Positions 1 to 8,293 of a stretch of DNA of 62,697 nucleotides are shown here, piece after piece. Location: IMG/VR virus record IMGVR_UViG_3300034418_005398, positions 1-62,697 of that record, one strand, 5' to 3'. The stretch is from a virus (lineage: Duplodnaviria > Caudoviricetes). A program made the translations under genes and the position numbers. Numbering within the stretch: position 1 is the stretch's first letter; each line of letters opens with the position of its first letter. Below the pieces are notes generated by a model, which did no database searches, had not been told where the DNA came from, and was given only the letters and a program-made list of their open reading frames with translations.

Positions 1-17
1 CCTCTGCAACAAACGGC

Positions 18-41
18 GTGATAGTAGTTAAGTGATAGTAA
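18..41. repeat. Tandem GTGATAGTA boxes downstream of an early terminator
   Basis: GTGATAGTAG-TTAA-GTGATAGTAA. Same element at 383-406; variants at 61692-61713 and 61808-61829; single box near 800-809. Confidence 0.9.
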
Positions 42-42
42 G

Positions 43-66
43 AAAAAAAAGGGGGGCCGAAGCCCC
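43..66 (-). terminator. Rho-independent terminator
   Basis: Minus strand GGGGC-TTCG-GCCCC-CC-T8, directly after the stop of ORF 72-278. Confidence 0.9.
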
Positions 67-71
67 GTGCG

Positions 72-278
72 TCATAGGTTCTTTTCGGCCGTCGCTTCTA
101 GCATAACTAGTTCGGGTAGCTTGTCTGACCCTAGTAGTCGCCATAGATCCGCGCGACCCCTTGCAATGCACTCCATTTCGTCGCGCATCCACCCTAGGGC
201 TTCTGTTTTGTGCAAGAAAAGGGGGGACTCGTATACGGACTCAAGTCCGGTCTGTACTGTAACGTAGAAAGTAAACAT
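72..278 (-). CDS. Early hypothetical protein (68 aa)
   Basis: GGAGG RBS upstream of the ATG. Has its own promoter and terminator. Confidence 0.8.
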   Translation of the reverse strand: MFTFYVTVQTGLESVYESPLFLHKTEALGWMRDEMECIARGRADLWRLLGSDKLPELVMLEATAEKNL

Positions 279-336
279 GGTACCTCCGGGGGTAAGTTAG
301 TTACCTGGCTAACACCACACGTGTTAGCTGGAGTCA

Positions 337-364
337 ATACTACACAGATCGGCGCGCTCGGCAA
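337..364 (-). promoter_or_regulatory. Putative sigma70-type early promoter
   Basis: TTGCCG-N16-TAGTAT upstream of ORF 72-278, followed by the hairpin GCTAACAC...GTGTTAGC. Confidence 0.55.
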
Positions 365-382
365 GCCTCTACGCGGCGGCGC

Positions 383-406
383 GTGATAGTAGTTAAGTGA
401 TAGTAA
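383..406. repeat. Tandem GTGATAGTA boxes
   Basis: Identical to 18-41. Confidence 0.9.
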
Positions 407-407
407 T

Positions 408-429
408 AAAAAAGGGGGCCGAAGCCCCC
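408..429 (-). terminator. Rho-independent terminator
   Basis: Minus strand GGGGGC-TTCG-GCCCCC-T6, after the stop of ORF 437-685. Confidence 0.9.
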
Positions 430-436
430 GAGCGAG

Positions 437-685
437 TTAATCTTCTAAGCCTTCGATTTCGGCTTCGACGAAATGCTTACCCTTTACTCGACAGATGCCG
501 CGAAGCATTCGCGCCAGTTGGGAATCAGTCATGAATCCGACAGCTTCATCCTGCTTTTCTTCGCTATACCAAATTGCGTCTTGCGCGTAGCGCATTAGCT
601 TATTGCTAGCGGCGTCGTTCAAGCATTCTGCGGACTCGGTGGTTACTACGGTGGTACCAAAATTTAAAGTAATCATAACATTCAC
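437..685 (-). CDS. Early hypothetical protein (about 80 aa)
   Basis: ORF ends just before a terminator. Its leader (ACTAAC...GTGAATGTTATG) resembles that of ORF 61875-62555. Confidence 0.75.
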   Translation of the reverse strand: MNVMITLNFGTTVVTTESAECLNDAASNKLMRYAQDAIWYSEEKQDEAVGFMTDSQLARMLRGICRVKGKHFVEAEIEGLED

Positions 686-841
686 TCGCTTCTGTTAGTT
701 AGTTAGTGTCCCGCCCCGTCGGGGGAGGGGGGTATGTCCGGGTTGCCCTGAACATGTTTGTAGTAGAGCACGGGGGGTGGGTCCATGTCCACCCACGCAG
801 TGATAGTAGACGTACCCCGTATATCGCAAGGCTCATTTTTA

Positions 842-870
842 TTGACTTATAAATTTTGGGTTTATATATT
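842..870 (+). promoter_or_regulatory. Putative sigma70-type promoter for the packaging/structural arm
   Basis: TTGACT-N17-TATATT upstream of the first plus-strand gene. Confidence 0.6.
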
Positions 871-943
871 TCATTTCCCAACGACCGGCGCGTAAAATTT
901 TTCCGGCCAAAATTTTGGGGTTATAGAATTTATAGGAGGCAAT

Positions 944-1228
944 GTGATTGATCTGGTAACGCTGCATAAGAAGCTAGGCTGCAAGAAAAACTTAGGCAAC
1001 TTCTTAAACTCAACAGCATATCGGCAGTGTGTGGATGCGTTGCATAGACGCGGGCTGATGATGACCGAGATTATGGTGTATGTTCGCCCGGCAAAAAACA
1101 CGCCGTCACTGCGTAGAGTACATCCGGTGGTTGCGTTAGAATACCTGCGATGGGCTGATTACGACCGGTATATTGGCCAAGCATTTAGACTGGTGGCAAA
1201 GAATGAAGACTCCGCTGATAACGAGTGA
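944..1228 (+). CDS. KilA-N/APSES-like DNA-binding protein
   Basis: IDLVTLHK...FLNS...VHPVVALEYLRW resembles the KilA-N pattern. AGGAGG RBS before the GTG. Confidence 0.6.
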   Translation: MIDLVTLHKKLGCKKNLGNFLNSTAYRQCVDALHRRGLMMTEIMVYVRPAKNTPSLRRVHPVVALEYLRWADYDRYIGQAFRLVAKNEDSADNE

Positions 1229-1709
1229 GTTAGATATAGAGGCCGTCGCGGTAGAGGTCGCCAGAAATGAGGCGGGAGCACGCTTGCCGATAGGGGAGCT
1301 TTTGGCTCAAATAGGTGTGCCGGAAGATTACTTCGTCAATTTGTCAAAAGACCCTGTGTTTAAGCGCAAGGTCAAGAAGCTAAAGAAACAGATCGAAGAC
1401 GACGGCGTTAGCTTCCAGATGAAGTCGCACATTTCTGCGGAAGCAAGTATCCCCACCGTGCACCGACTAGTAAACCACCCAGACACACCCCCGATGGCTG
1501 TGCTAAAAGGGATGGAACTGCTGGTTCGCTGGGCCAATCTGGAGCCTAAACCAAGCCAAGAGCAACAAGGCTCAGGGTTTTCTCTCAATATCAACTTAGG
1601 TAGCCCCGACCAAAACATACAAATCACAGCGAACGCACCCGCAAAGCAGGAGTTGCCTGCGATAGATGCGGACTATGAGAAGGTGGACAGCGAGGGGTTA
1701 TGGGACTAG
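1203..1709 (+). CDS. Terminase small subunit (putative)
   Basis: Helical protein directly upstream of and overlapping TerL, with a typical GFSLNINLG C-terminal strand. Start moved to the ATG at 1203. Confidence 0.7.
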   Translation: MKTPLITSELDIEAVAVEVARNEAGARLPIGELLAQIGVPEDYFVNLSKDPVFKRKVKKLKKQIEDDGVSFQMKSHISAEASIPTVHRLVNHPDTPPMAVLKGMELLVRWANLEPKPSQEQQGSGFSLNINLGSPDQNIQITANAPAKQELPAIDADYEKVDSEGLWD

Positions 1710-3145
1710 CTATAGAGAAGGTCGATTTTACGCCGCCAAAGAGCCTGATTCCGTTTTTTACCTCCGAGAAGTTCATCTCTTTACAGCTGGGGCCGGTGGG
1801 AAGTACAAAAACTAGCGCGGGGATTATGAAAATCGCGTACCACGCGAAGCAAATGCACCCGTCTAGGGACGGCATACGGCGGTCTAGGGCCGTTTGGGTG
1901 CGGAACACGCGCCAAATGCTCTGGGATACCTCTATACAGGACTTTCTGAAGTGGTTTCCTGACGGGTTGGCGGGCAATCTGGCCAAGACCGAGATGAAAT
2001 ACACCCTAAAATTCGACGATGTGGAGTGCGAAGTGTTGTTTAGGGGGCTTGACGACTCCAACGACGTGCGGCGACTGCTCTCGCTACAGGCCAGCTTCGC
2101 AATTTTTGACGAATTTAGGGAGATAAACCCCGATGTTTTCTCTACGATGCAAGGTCGTCTAGGCCGTTACCCCGACAAGTTGCTGGTTCCGCCGTCGCCG
2201 GGCAAGCATAACGGCGGTTGTGTCAAAGATGATGGGAGTAGTAACGCGTTGTTGTGGGGCATGTCCAACCCGCCGGACGCAGATACGTTTTGGGAGCAGT
2301 ATTTTACCGATCCACCGGACAATGCGGCGGTTTTTACTCAGCCCAGCGGGATGAGTGAGGACGCCGACTGGTTACAGTACCTGCCCGACGGGTATTACGA
2401 GAACTTGGCCGAGTCTAACGACGAGGACTGGGTGGACGTGTATGTGCACTCTAAGTTTGGCAAGAGTTTGGCCGGTAAACCGGTGTTTAGGAGCTTCGAC
2501 TCGGAGTTTCATGTGGCGAAGGAGCCTATTAAGCCACTGGTGGACGAGAACTACCCGCTAATTATAGGGATGGACTTCGGGCTGACGCCCGCTTGTACCA
2601 TAAGTCAGCAAGATTCGCGAGGGCGTTTTTTAACGCTGGCCGAGCTTACCTCAGATGGCATGGGGATACTACGGTTTTGTCGAGAGATGCTTCGTCCACT
2701 TTTGACTAACGATTTTCCCGGTTTTCCTGTTATAGTTATAGGCGATCCCGCTGGCGCACAGCGTGCACAGACGGACGAGCGGTCCGTATTTGATGTGCTG
2801 AAAGCTGAAGGTTTTACAGCGGTGCCTGCAAGAACCAACTCCGTAACGGCGCGCATTGCTGCTGTAGAAAACCTTTTGGGTGGCGCTTTAGATACTGGCC
2901 CTAGACACCTCATAGACCCTAGCTGTAAGCGGCTCATAACGGCGCTGAGAAGCGGGTATAGGTATAAGGTGAAGCAAAACGGGGAAGTTGAGCCTAAACC
3001 CGAGAAAAACTCCCACTCGCACATAGCGGATGCACACCAGTACGCGGCACTCCATGTAGATCAGATATTTGGCGGTGCCTATGACCGCTTGATGCGGCAA
3101 GGACAACGGCGTATTGTACCTGCTAATATGGGGGCGTGGACTTAA
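1700..3145 (+). CDS. terL: Terminase large subunit
   Basis: Walker A GPVGSTKT, Walker B FAIFDEFRE, MSNPP coupling motif, RNase H-like nuclease GMDFGLTPA...GDPAG...HIADAHQY. Confidence 0.95.
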   Translation: MGLAIEKVDFTPPKSLIPFFTSEKFISLQLGPVGSTKTSAGIMKIAYHAKQMHPSRDGIRRSRAVWVRNTRQMLWDTSIQDFLKWFPDGLAGNLAKTEMKYTLKFDDVECEVLFRGLDDSNDVRRLLSLQASFAIFDEFREINPDVFSTMQGRLGRYPDKLLVPPSPGKHNGGCVKDDGSSNALLWGMSNPPDADTFWEQYFTDPPDNAAVFTQPSGMSEDADWLQYLPDGYYENLAESNDEDWVDVYVHSKFGKSLAGKPVFRSFDSEFHVAKEPIKPLVDENYPLIIGMDFGLTPACTISQQDSRGRFLTLAELTSDGMGILRFCREMLRPLLTNDFPGFPVIVIGDPAGAQRAQTDERSVFDVLKAEGFTAVPARTNSVTARIAAVENLLGGALDTGPRHLIDPSCKRLITALRSGYRYKVKQNGEVEPKPEKNSHSHIADAHQYAALHVDQIFGGAYDRLMRQGQRRIVPANMGAWT

Positions 3146-3212
3146 CCCTTGGATAAATGCCCGGTTACGGGTTACAATCGCCCATAAGTTTGAGTGTACA
3201 AAGGGGCACGCG

Positions 3213-3497
3213 ATGGCGGACAAACCCATTCGGCGCACTACGGGGAAAGGCGGCAACTACCGCAAGACCAAAGCGGGCGCAGGCATGACGAAGAAAGGCG
3301 TCGCCGCGTACCGTAAGGCTAACCCCGGCTCTAAGTTGAAGACAGCGGTTACCGGCAAGGTTAAGGCCGGTAGTAAGGACGCTAAACGCCGAAAATCGTT
3401 TTGTGCGCGCTCCGCAGGGCAAATGAAAGATTTTCCCAAAGCCGCTAAAGACCCCAATTCACGGCTACGACAGGCTAGAAGAAGGTGGAAGTGCTAA
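3213..3497 (+). CDS. Small Lys/Arg-rich phage protein (DUF6321-like)
   Basis: RRKSFCARS...KDPNSRLRQARRRWKC motif. Start reassigned to MADKP after the AAGGGG RBS. Confidence 0.75.
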   Translation: MADKPIRRTTGKGGNYRKTKAGAGMTKKGVAAYRKANPGSKLKTAVTGKVKAGSKDAKRRKSFCARSAGQMKDFPKAAKDPNSRLRQARRRWKC

Positions 3498-3652
3498 TGG
3501 CTAAGCGAGGTTTGTACGCAAATATCCATGCTAAACGTAAGCGCATTAAGGCCGGTTCCGGCGAAAAAATGCGCAAGCCGGGAGCGAAAGGCGCGCCTAC
3601 TGCTAAGGCGTTCAAGAAATCCGCGAAAACCGCTAAGCGAGGCAAGCGATGA
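3497..3652 (+). CDS. Small basic protein (51 aa, below the ORF-track cutoff)
   Basis: Read manually: MAKRGLYANIHAKRKRIKAGSGEKMRKPGAKGAPTAKAFKKSAKTAKRGKR. TAATG-coupled to the previous gene. Confidence 0.85.
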   Translation: MAKRGLYANIHAKRKRIKAGSGEKMRKPGAKGAPTAKAFKKSAKTAKRGKR

Positions 3653-3828
3653 TGAAGAAAGGATACAAGGCTGGCGGCAAAGTCGCGGCCTTTAAACCAT
3701 GTAAAGGGTGCCCAACTCCCGCTAAATGTAAGAAAGCGGGCAAATGCTTAGCAAAAGCTAAGCCTAAGACGAAGGCCAAGCCAAAAGGCTACATGTGCGG
3801 CGGTCGCGTGCACAAAGGCAAAAAGTAA
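3649..3828 (+). CDS. Small basic Cys-containing protein (59 aa, below the ORF-track cutoff)
   Basis: Read manually: MMKKGYKAGGKVAAFKPCKGCPTPAKCKKAGKCLAKAKPKTKAKPKGYMCGGRVHKGKK. ATGA overlap with the previous gene. Confidence 0.8.
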   Translation: MMKKGYKAGGKVAAFKPCKGCPTPAKCKKAGKCLAKAKPKTKAKPKGYMCGGRVHKGKK

Positions 3829-3863
3829 GGCGCAGGGGCACCCCCTAACGAGGAGCATAGCCG

Positions 3864-4271
3864 ATGGCTGCTGGTATCACAGTTGCCCCCGCGACGCTTA
3901 ATTTTAGCGTCCGCAAAGGGTCTACACTTAGGCGCACTATAACTTGGTATTCTGACCCTGTGTGGCTTGACGCACAGGAAACCAAGATTGACGAAGATAA
4001 CTCTACGCCGCTAAATTTAACCGGCTACACAGGCCGCATGCAGGTGCGCGACAAGCGCACTGGCACGCTTGTGTACACGTTAACGACTGAAAACGGCGGG
4101 CTATCGTTTGGTGGCGCCGCAGGGACGATCACGTTCTATTTAAGCGACGCGGACACCGACACACCTGCCTACGACAAGTGCAAGTACGACTTAGAAGTAA
4201 TCGACACTATAGGAGACGTCATTCCGCTGATCGCCGGCGCCTTTGTTCTTGTTGACCAAGTGACGGTGTAG
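3864..4271 (+). CDS. Virion/fibre-attachment beta-sandwich protein
   Basis: PLNLTGYTGRMQVR...YDLEV pattern, typical of proteins preceding fibre genes. GAGGAG RBS. Confidence 0.65.
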   Translation: MAAGITVAPATLNFSVRKGSTLRRTITWYSDPVWLDAQETKIDEDNSTPLNLTGYTGRMQVRDKRTGTLVYTLTTENGGLSFGGAAGTITFYLSDADTDTPAYDKCKYDLEVIDTIGDVIPLIAGAFVLVDQVTV

Positions 4272-4272
4272 C

Positions 4273-5208
4273 ATGAGCGGGGTAGTTACTACAACGGATA
4301 ATAGTGTTTTAGTCACTATAGACGAGTCTGCCCAGACTGTTTCTTCGGTAGATTCTGAGTATGTTGTAATTCCGCGCGACACTGTTAGCGTCGTTGCGCC
4401 GGTCAATACAGTAAACATTAGCGCGGGCGAGGTTACTGCTGGCAACGTTATTACGTTTACTAACAAGACGCTTACAGACTACTCTAACGTAGTCCACGCC
4501 AATCAGCTGCATCTGCGGGTCAAGGCGCTGGAGAATATCTCTAAAGGCCAGCCCGTGCGGTACGGCGGCTACAATCCCGGCGAGCAAGCGGAAGAAGTTT
4601 ATCTAGCTAATAACACGTTAGATGTAGCTATCGGCATCGCCGAGGCGGACATAAGCCAAGGCAGTTTTGGTCTCGTCGTGTCCCACGGCACGACTCAAGG
4701 CGTAGATACAAGTGTATATACAGAAGGCACGATTCTTTACCCCGACGCGTCTGGTGGGCTTACCGCGACGCCTCCGGCTACTGGGTACCAGCAGCCTTTG
4801 GCGTTTGTTCTGCGGTCTCAGCAAAACAACGGCGTACTGCTCGTTTCGGCGGGCTATCCCAAGCAAGACACGGCAGATATTCGCGGCATTTCTTCGTTTA
4901 TGCAAACATTGCTGGACGATTTAGACGCCGCTACTGCTAGGTCTACATTAGGCATCCCTGCGGATATATTGTCTCAGACAATAGCTGATACTTTATATGA
5001 ACCGCTTATAGCAGAAATAAATAGACAGACTTTTTACAGGCAAGCAACAGCGCCTAGTGGTGGAACGTACCGAGAAGGTGATATATGGTACGATACAGTG
5101 AACGAAGATATGTACTTTTACAGGGAAATATCTTCAAATGTGTTTAATTGGGTTTTATTTTCAACAGGCACGACTGATTCTGACACCTTAGACGGAGGGG
5201 CTTACTAA
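4273..5208 (+). CDS. Tail fibre segment 1
   Basis: Fibre motifs (LLDDLDAATARSTLG; APSG...EGDIWYD). Ends DTLDGGAY. Confidence 0.75.
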   Translation: MSGVVTTTDNSVLVTIDESAQTVSSVDSEYVVIPRDTVSVVAPVNTVNISAGEVTAGNVITFTNKTLTDYSNVVHANQLHLRVKALENISKGQPVRYGGYNPGEQAEEVYLANNTLDVAIGIAEADISQGSFGLVVSHGTTQGVDTSVYTEGTILYPDASGGLTATPPATGYQQPLAFVLRSQQNNGVLLVSAGYPKQDTADIRGISSFMQTLLDDLDAATARSTLGIPADILSQTIADTLYEPLIAEINRQTFYRQATAPSGGTYREGDIWYDTVNEDMYFYREISSNVFNWVLFSTGTTDSDTLDGGAY

Positions 5209-6419
5209 TGGCTCAGACTATTAAGATTAAACGAAGTACTGGGTCTTCAGCCCCATCTACTTTGGCACAGGGCGAACTGGCTTATTCAGCAGGTTCGGAT
5301 ACTTTTTACGTTGGTAGCCCATCTGCGGCTAACACACCTATCGCTGTCGGCGGTGCTATTAAAAACAACGCAGGTACGCCTGTGCTGGCTACCGGCATCA
5401 CCAAGGCCGAGATACAACAGCTACTTGATCTTGAAGTAGGCGTTGACATAGACGCGGCTGGAACTGATAACTCCACAGACGTTACGCTGATTGGCGCGTA
5501 CGACTACATCTCCCTTTCTGGGCAGCAGATCACGGTAGCGCAGGTTGACCTATCGACAGACGTTACCGGCACGCTGGGCATTAGTAACGGCGGTACCGGC
5601 GCTACAACTGCGTCTGGCGCTAGGACTGCGCTTGGCTTGGCTATCGGCACTAACGTACAGGCGTACGACGCCGGCCTCGCCGACATCGCCGGTCTATCCG
5701 TTACTGACGGAAACATCATCGTCGGCAACGGCACTAACTGGGTCGCTGAGTCTGGTGCTACGGCTCGTGCATCGCTTGGTCTGGCTATTGGCACTGATGT
5801 ACTCGCTTACGACGCCAACCTACAGTCGTTTGTTAGTGCCTTCACCTTGCCCACAACTGACGGCTCTAGCGGCCAAGTTCTTACCACTAACGGGTCGGGC
5901 GCACTCAGTTTTGCTAGCGTGTCTATCACAGACGAAGACGTTAGCGTTGCTAACCTCCGAACTCGTTTGGGGCAGATCAGCGACAGCACTACAATCGGTG
6001 ATGCTACTGATGTAACCATGACCTTCTCTGGTGGCGTAATCGTTACTGGCGACTTGACGGTTAATGGCACAACTACCACGATCAACACCGAGACGTTAAC
6101 TGTTGATGACAACATCATTGTTCTCAATAACAACGTCACAGGCACGCCATCAGAGAACTCTGGTATCGAGGTTGAGCGAGGCACCAGCACCAACGTCCTG
6201 TTCCGCTGGAATGAGACTAACGACCGCTGGGAGTTCACTAACGACGGGTCTACGTACTACAATATCCCGATCAGCAGCGAATACACCAACAACGATGGTG
6301 ACATTACCGCTGTTACTGTATCGTCTACTGACGGCAGTATTTCAGGCGTTGGCACCGGCACGACTGGCGCTATTTCGTTCGATCTGGAAGTTGCAACCAT
6401 CGACGGTGGAACTTACTAA
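5208..6419 (+). CDS. Tail fibre segment 2
   Basis: N-terminal MAQTIKIKRS...LAQGELAY, GGTGATTASGARTALGL repeats, GDLTVNGTTTT. Ends ATIDGGTY. Confidence 0.85.
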   Translation: MAQTIKIKRSTGSSAPSTLAQGELAYSAGSDTFYVGSPSAANTPIAVGGAIKNNAGTPVLATGITKAEIQQLLDLEVGVDIDAAGTDNSTDVTLIGAYDYISLSGQQITVAQVDLSTDVTGTLGISNGGTGATTASGARTALGLAIGTNVQAYDAGLADIAGLSVTDGNIIVGNGTNWVAESGATARASLGLAIGTDVLAYDANLQSFVSAFTLPTTDGSSGQVLTTNGSGALSFASVSITDEDVSVANLRTRLGQISDSTTIGDATDVTMTFSGGVIVTGDLTVNGTTTTINTETLTVDDNIIVLNNNVTGTPSENSGIEVERGTSTNVLFRWNETNDRWEFTNDGSTYYNIPISSEYTNNDGDITAVTVSSTDGSISGVGTGTTGAISFDLEVATIDGGTY

Positions 6420-6422
6420 TCT

Positions 6423-7892
6423 ATGGCGCAAACCATAAAGTTAAAACGCGGAACAACCACCCCCACCACGAGTAACCTCGTGAGTGGGGAAGTGGCTATA
6501 GACACTTCTGCTCAAAAACTTTACATAAATGACGGCGGGACGGTTAAAGAAATTGGCGGCGGTGGCGGTGGAATAACCTATTCGCTAAAAACGTCTGCCT
6601 ATACCGCATCTGCTGGTGACGGCATTATTGCTGACAGTTCTGGCGGGGCGTTTACAATTACCCTGCCTGCAAGCCCCTCTACTGGGGACATTGTATCTAT
6701 AGTAGATGGCGCGGCTTGGGCGACTAACAACGTCACAGTAGCTCGTAACGGCTCTACCATTGAAGGCGCTTCTGAGGATTTGGTTTTAGACGTTAGCAGT
6801 TTGGGTCTTGATCTTGTATATGACGGGTCTACTTGGCAGTTATACCCCAGAAGCAGTGCGCAGTTGGCTACCACGGTGGGCATTGACGATAACGCTACAA
6901 CCACTGCCATTACGATTGATGCGTCAGAAAATGTTGGTATTGGCCATTCATCTCCTGTAGCAAAACTCGCTGTTTTAGGCTCTAGCAACGACACCGTTGC
7001 GGAAGCAAATGCAAACCTTTGCGTAGAAGGTGGTGGCGGCAACGGCATTATTTTTGGGACTCAGGCATCGTCTCCTTACAGGTCGTACATCCAGTCAGGA
7101 TTTGTATCTAACTTAAGTCTTGCAACGTATGACTTAATGCTTAACCCTGAAGGCGGCAAAGTTGGCATTGGTAAAAGCCCTGTAGCACAGCTAGACGTTG
7201 CAAACGGCACAACTTACGTGTCGTCTGGCGATTTTATTGCGCGCATACAGCAAAACACTAACGCCACTGGCAAAAGCGGTCTAAGCGTAATGAACGCATG
7301 GGCCTCTGCAACTTCCTCCATTTTTGAAGCCGCAATGGGATGGAACGGCACTGCCGAAGGGTATTATCCCGTTCACACTATTGATGGCCTAGGCCAGCAA
7401 GAAATTAAAATCTTTGATAGTGGTACGCACTATACGGTAGTAAATATAGTTGCGACATCTTCTGGCGGTGAGGTCAGAATTAGGGGCAACACAGATCGGG
7501 GTGCCTATAACCTGCAAGTAAATGGCTCAGGCGTTTGGGGCCAAGGTTCTTACATTAATGGATCAGATGCTCGCTGGAAAGATAACGTCCAGACATTAGA
7601 GTGCAACTGTTTAGATATTATAAATAACCTGCGATCTGTTTCGTTTACTTACAATGAAGCCTCTGGTGCATCTGATTTAACCACTCCGCACTTAGGCTTT
7701 ATTGCTCAAGAAGTAGAGCAGGCTACGGGAAATCATCCGTGGCTTTCTGGCTTGGTTACTGAAGACCCTGAAGGTTATAAAAGCATGGCTTACCAAGGAC
7801 TAATACCTATTTTGACTAAGGCCATCCAAGAGCAACAGGCTTTGATTGAAGTGTTGCAAGCAGATGTTGAGCAATTAAAAGGTGCTAACTAA
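6423..7892 (+). CDS. Tail fibre with C-terminal intramolecular chaperone (peptidase S74-like)
   Basis: N-terminal MAQTIKLKRG. C-terminal SDARWKDNV...HLGFIAQEVE...LTKAIQE coiled coil. Confidence 0.9.
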   Translation: MAQTIKLKRGTTTPTTSNLVSGEVAIDTSAQKLYINDGGTVKEIGGGGGGITYSLKTSAYTASAGDGIIADSSGGAFTITLPASPSTGDIVSIVDGAAWATNNVTVARNGSTIEGASEDLVLDVSSLGLDLVYDGSTWQLYPRSSAQLATTVGIDDNATTTAITIDASENVGIGHSSPVAKLAVLGSSNDTVAEANANLCVEGGGGNGIIFGTQASSPYRSYIQSGFVSNLSLATYDLMLNPEGGKVGIGKSPVAQLDVANGTTYVSSGDFIARIQQNTNATGKSGLSVMNAWASATSSIFEAAMGWNGTAEGYYPVHTIDGLGQQEIKIFDSGTHYTVVNIVATSSGGEVRIRGNTDRGAYNLQVNGSGVWGQGSYINGSDARWKDNVQTLECNCLDIINNLRSVSFTYNEASGASDLTTPHLGFIAQEVEQATGNHPWLSGLVTEDPEGYKSMAYQGLIPILTKAIQEQQALIEVLQADVEQLKGAN

Positions 7893-8293
7893 TGGCTAAC
7901 CTGTCTGAATTTGTTGTCAACAACAGCGTCTTTCCTTCAATTAATGATGCTGGAACCGGCGGTTTTGCTTTTAGCATTAACGAAGACCTGCAATGTAGAT
8001 TCTTTAAGGCGATAAAAGAACAGCAATATAGTTTTACTGGAACCGACATTACCCCCGACAACGGCACAATTCAATACAAAACTCTAACTGCAAATACCAC
8101 GCTTACTGAGTCAATTTTGAACGGGCAGTTTTTAACGCTTATGATTGATGACGGCGCAGGGTATACGGTTACGTGGCCCACTATATCTTGGGTCGGCGGT
8201 TCTGCTCCAACATTAGAAACAACAGGCTATAACATCATTGAGCTTTGGCAGGTTAACGGAACTTTGTATGGCGCATTTGTGGGTGCCGCTTAA
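7892..8293 (+). CDS. Fibre-associated structural protein
   Basis: Coupled ORF containing VTWPTISWVGGSAPTL, a motif common in fibre-tip modules. Confidence 0.6.
   Translation: MANLSEFVVNNSVFPSINDAGTGGFAFSINEDLQCRFFKAIKEQQYSFTGTDITPDNGTIQYKTLTANTTLTESILNGQFLTLMIDDGAGYTVTWPTISWVGGSAPTLETTGYNIIELWQVNGTLYGAFVGAA

Larger units (their letters stand above)
1..74 (+). repeat. Terminal direct repeat, left copy (74 bp)
   Basis: Identical to 62624-62697. Most likely an assembly circularisation overlap. Confidence 0.95.

Noticed and set aside
1-74. 74-bp repeat as the biological terminal repeat
   Set aside because: It falls inside an internally repeated cassette element and splits a promoter, which is more consistent with assembler overlap. 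It cannot be settled without reads.
1-430. CRISPR array from the repeated GTGATAGTAGTTAAGTGATAGTAA...GGGGCCGAAGCCCC block
   Set aside because: Copies are hundreds of bp apart with whole genes between them. There are no regular 30-40 bp spacers and no cas operon.
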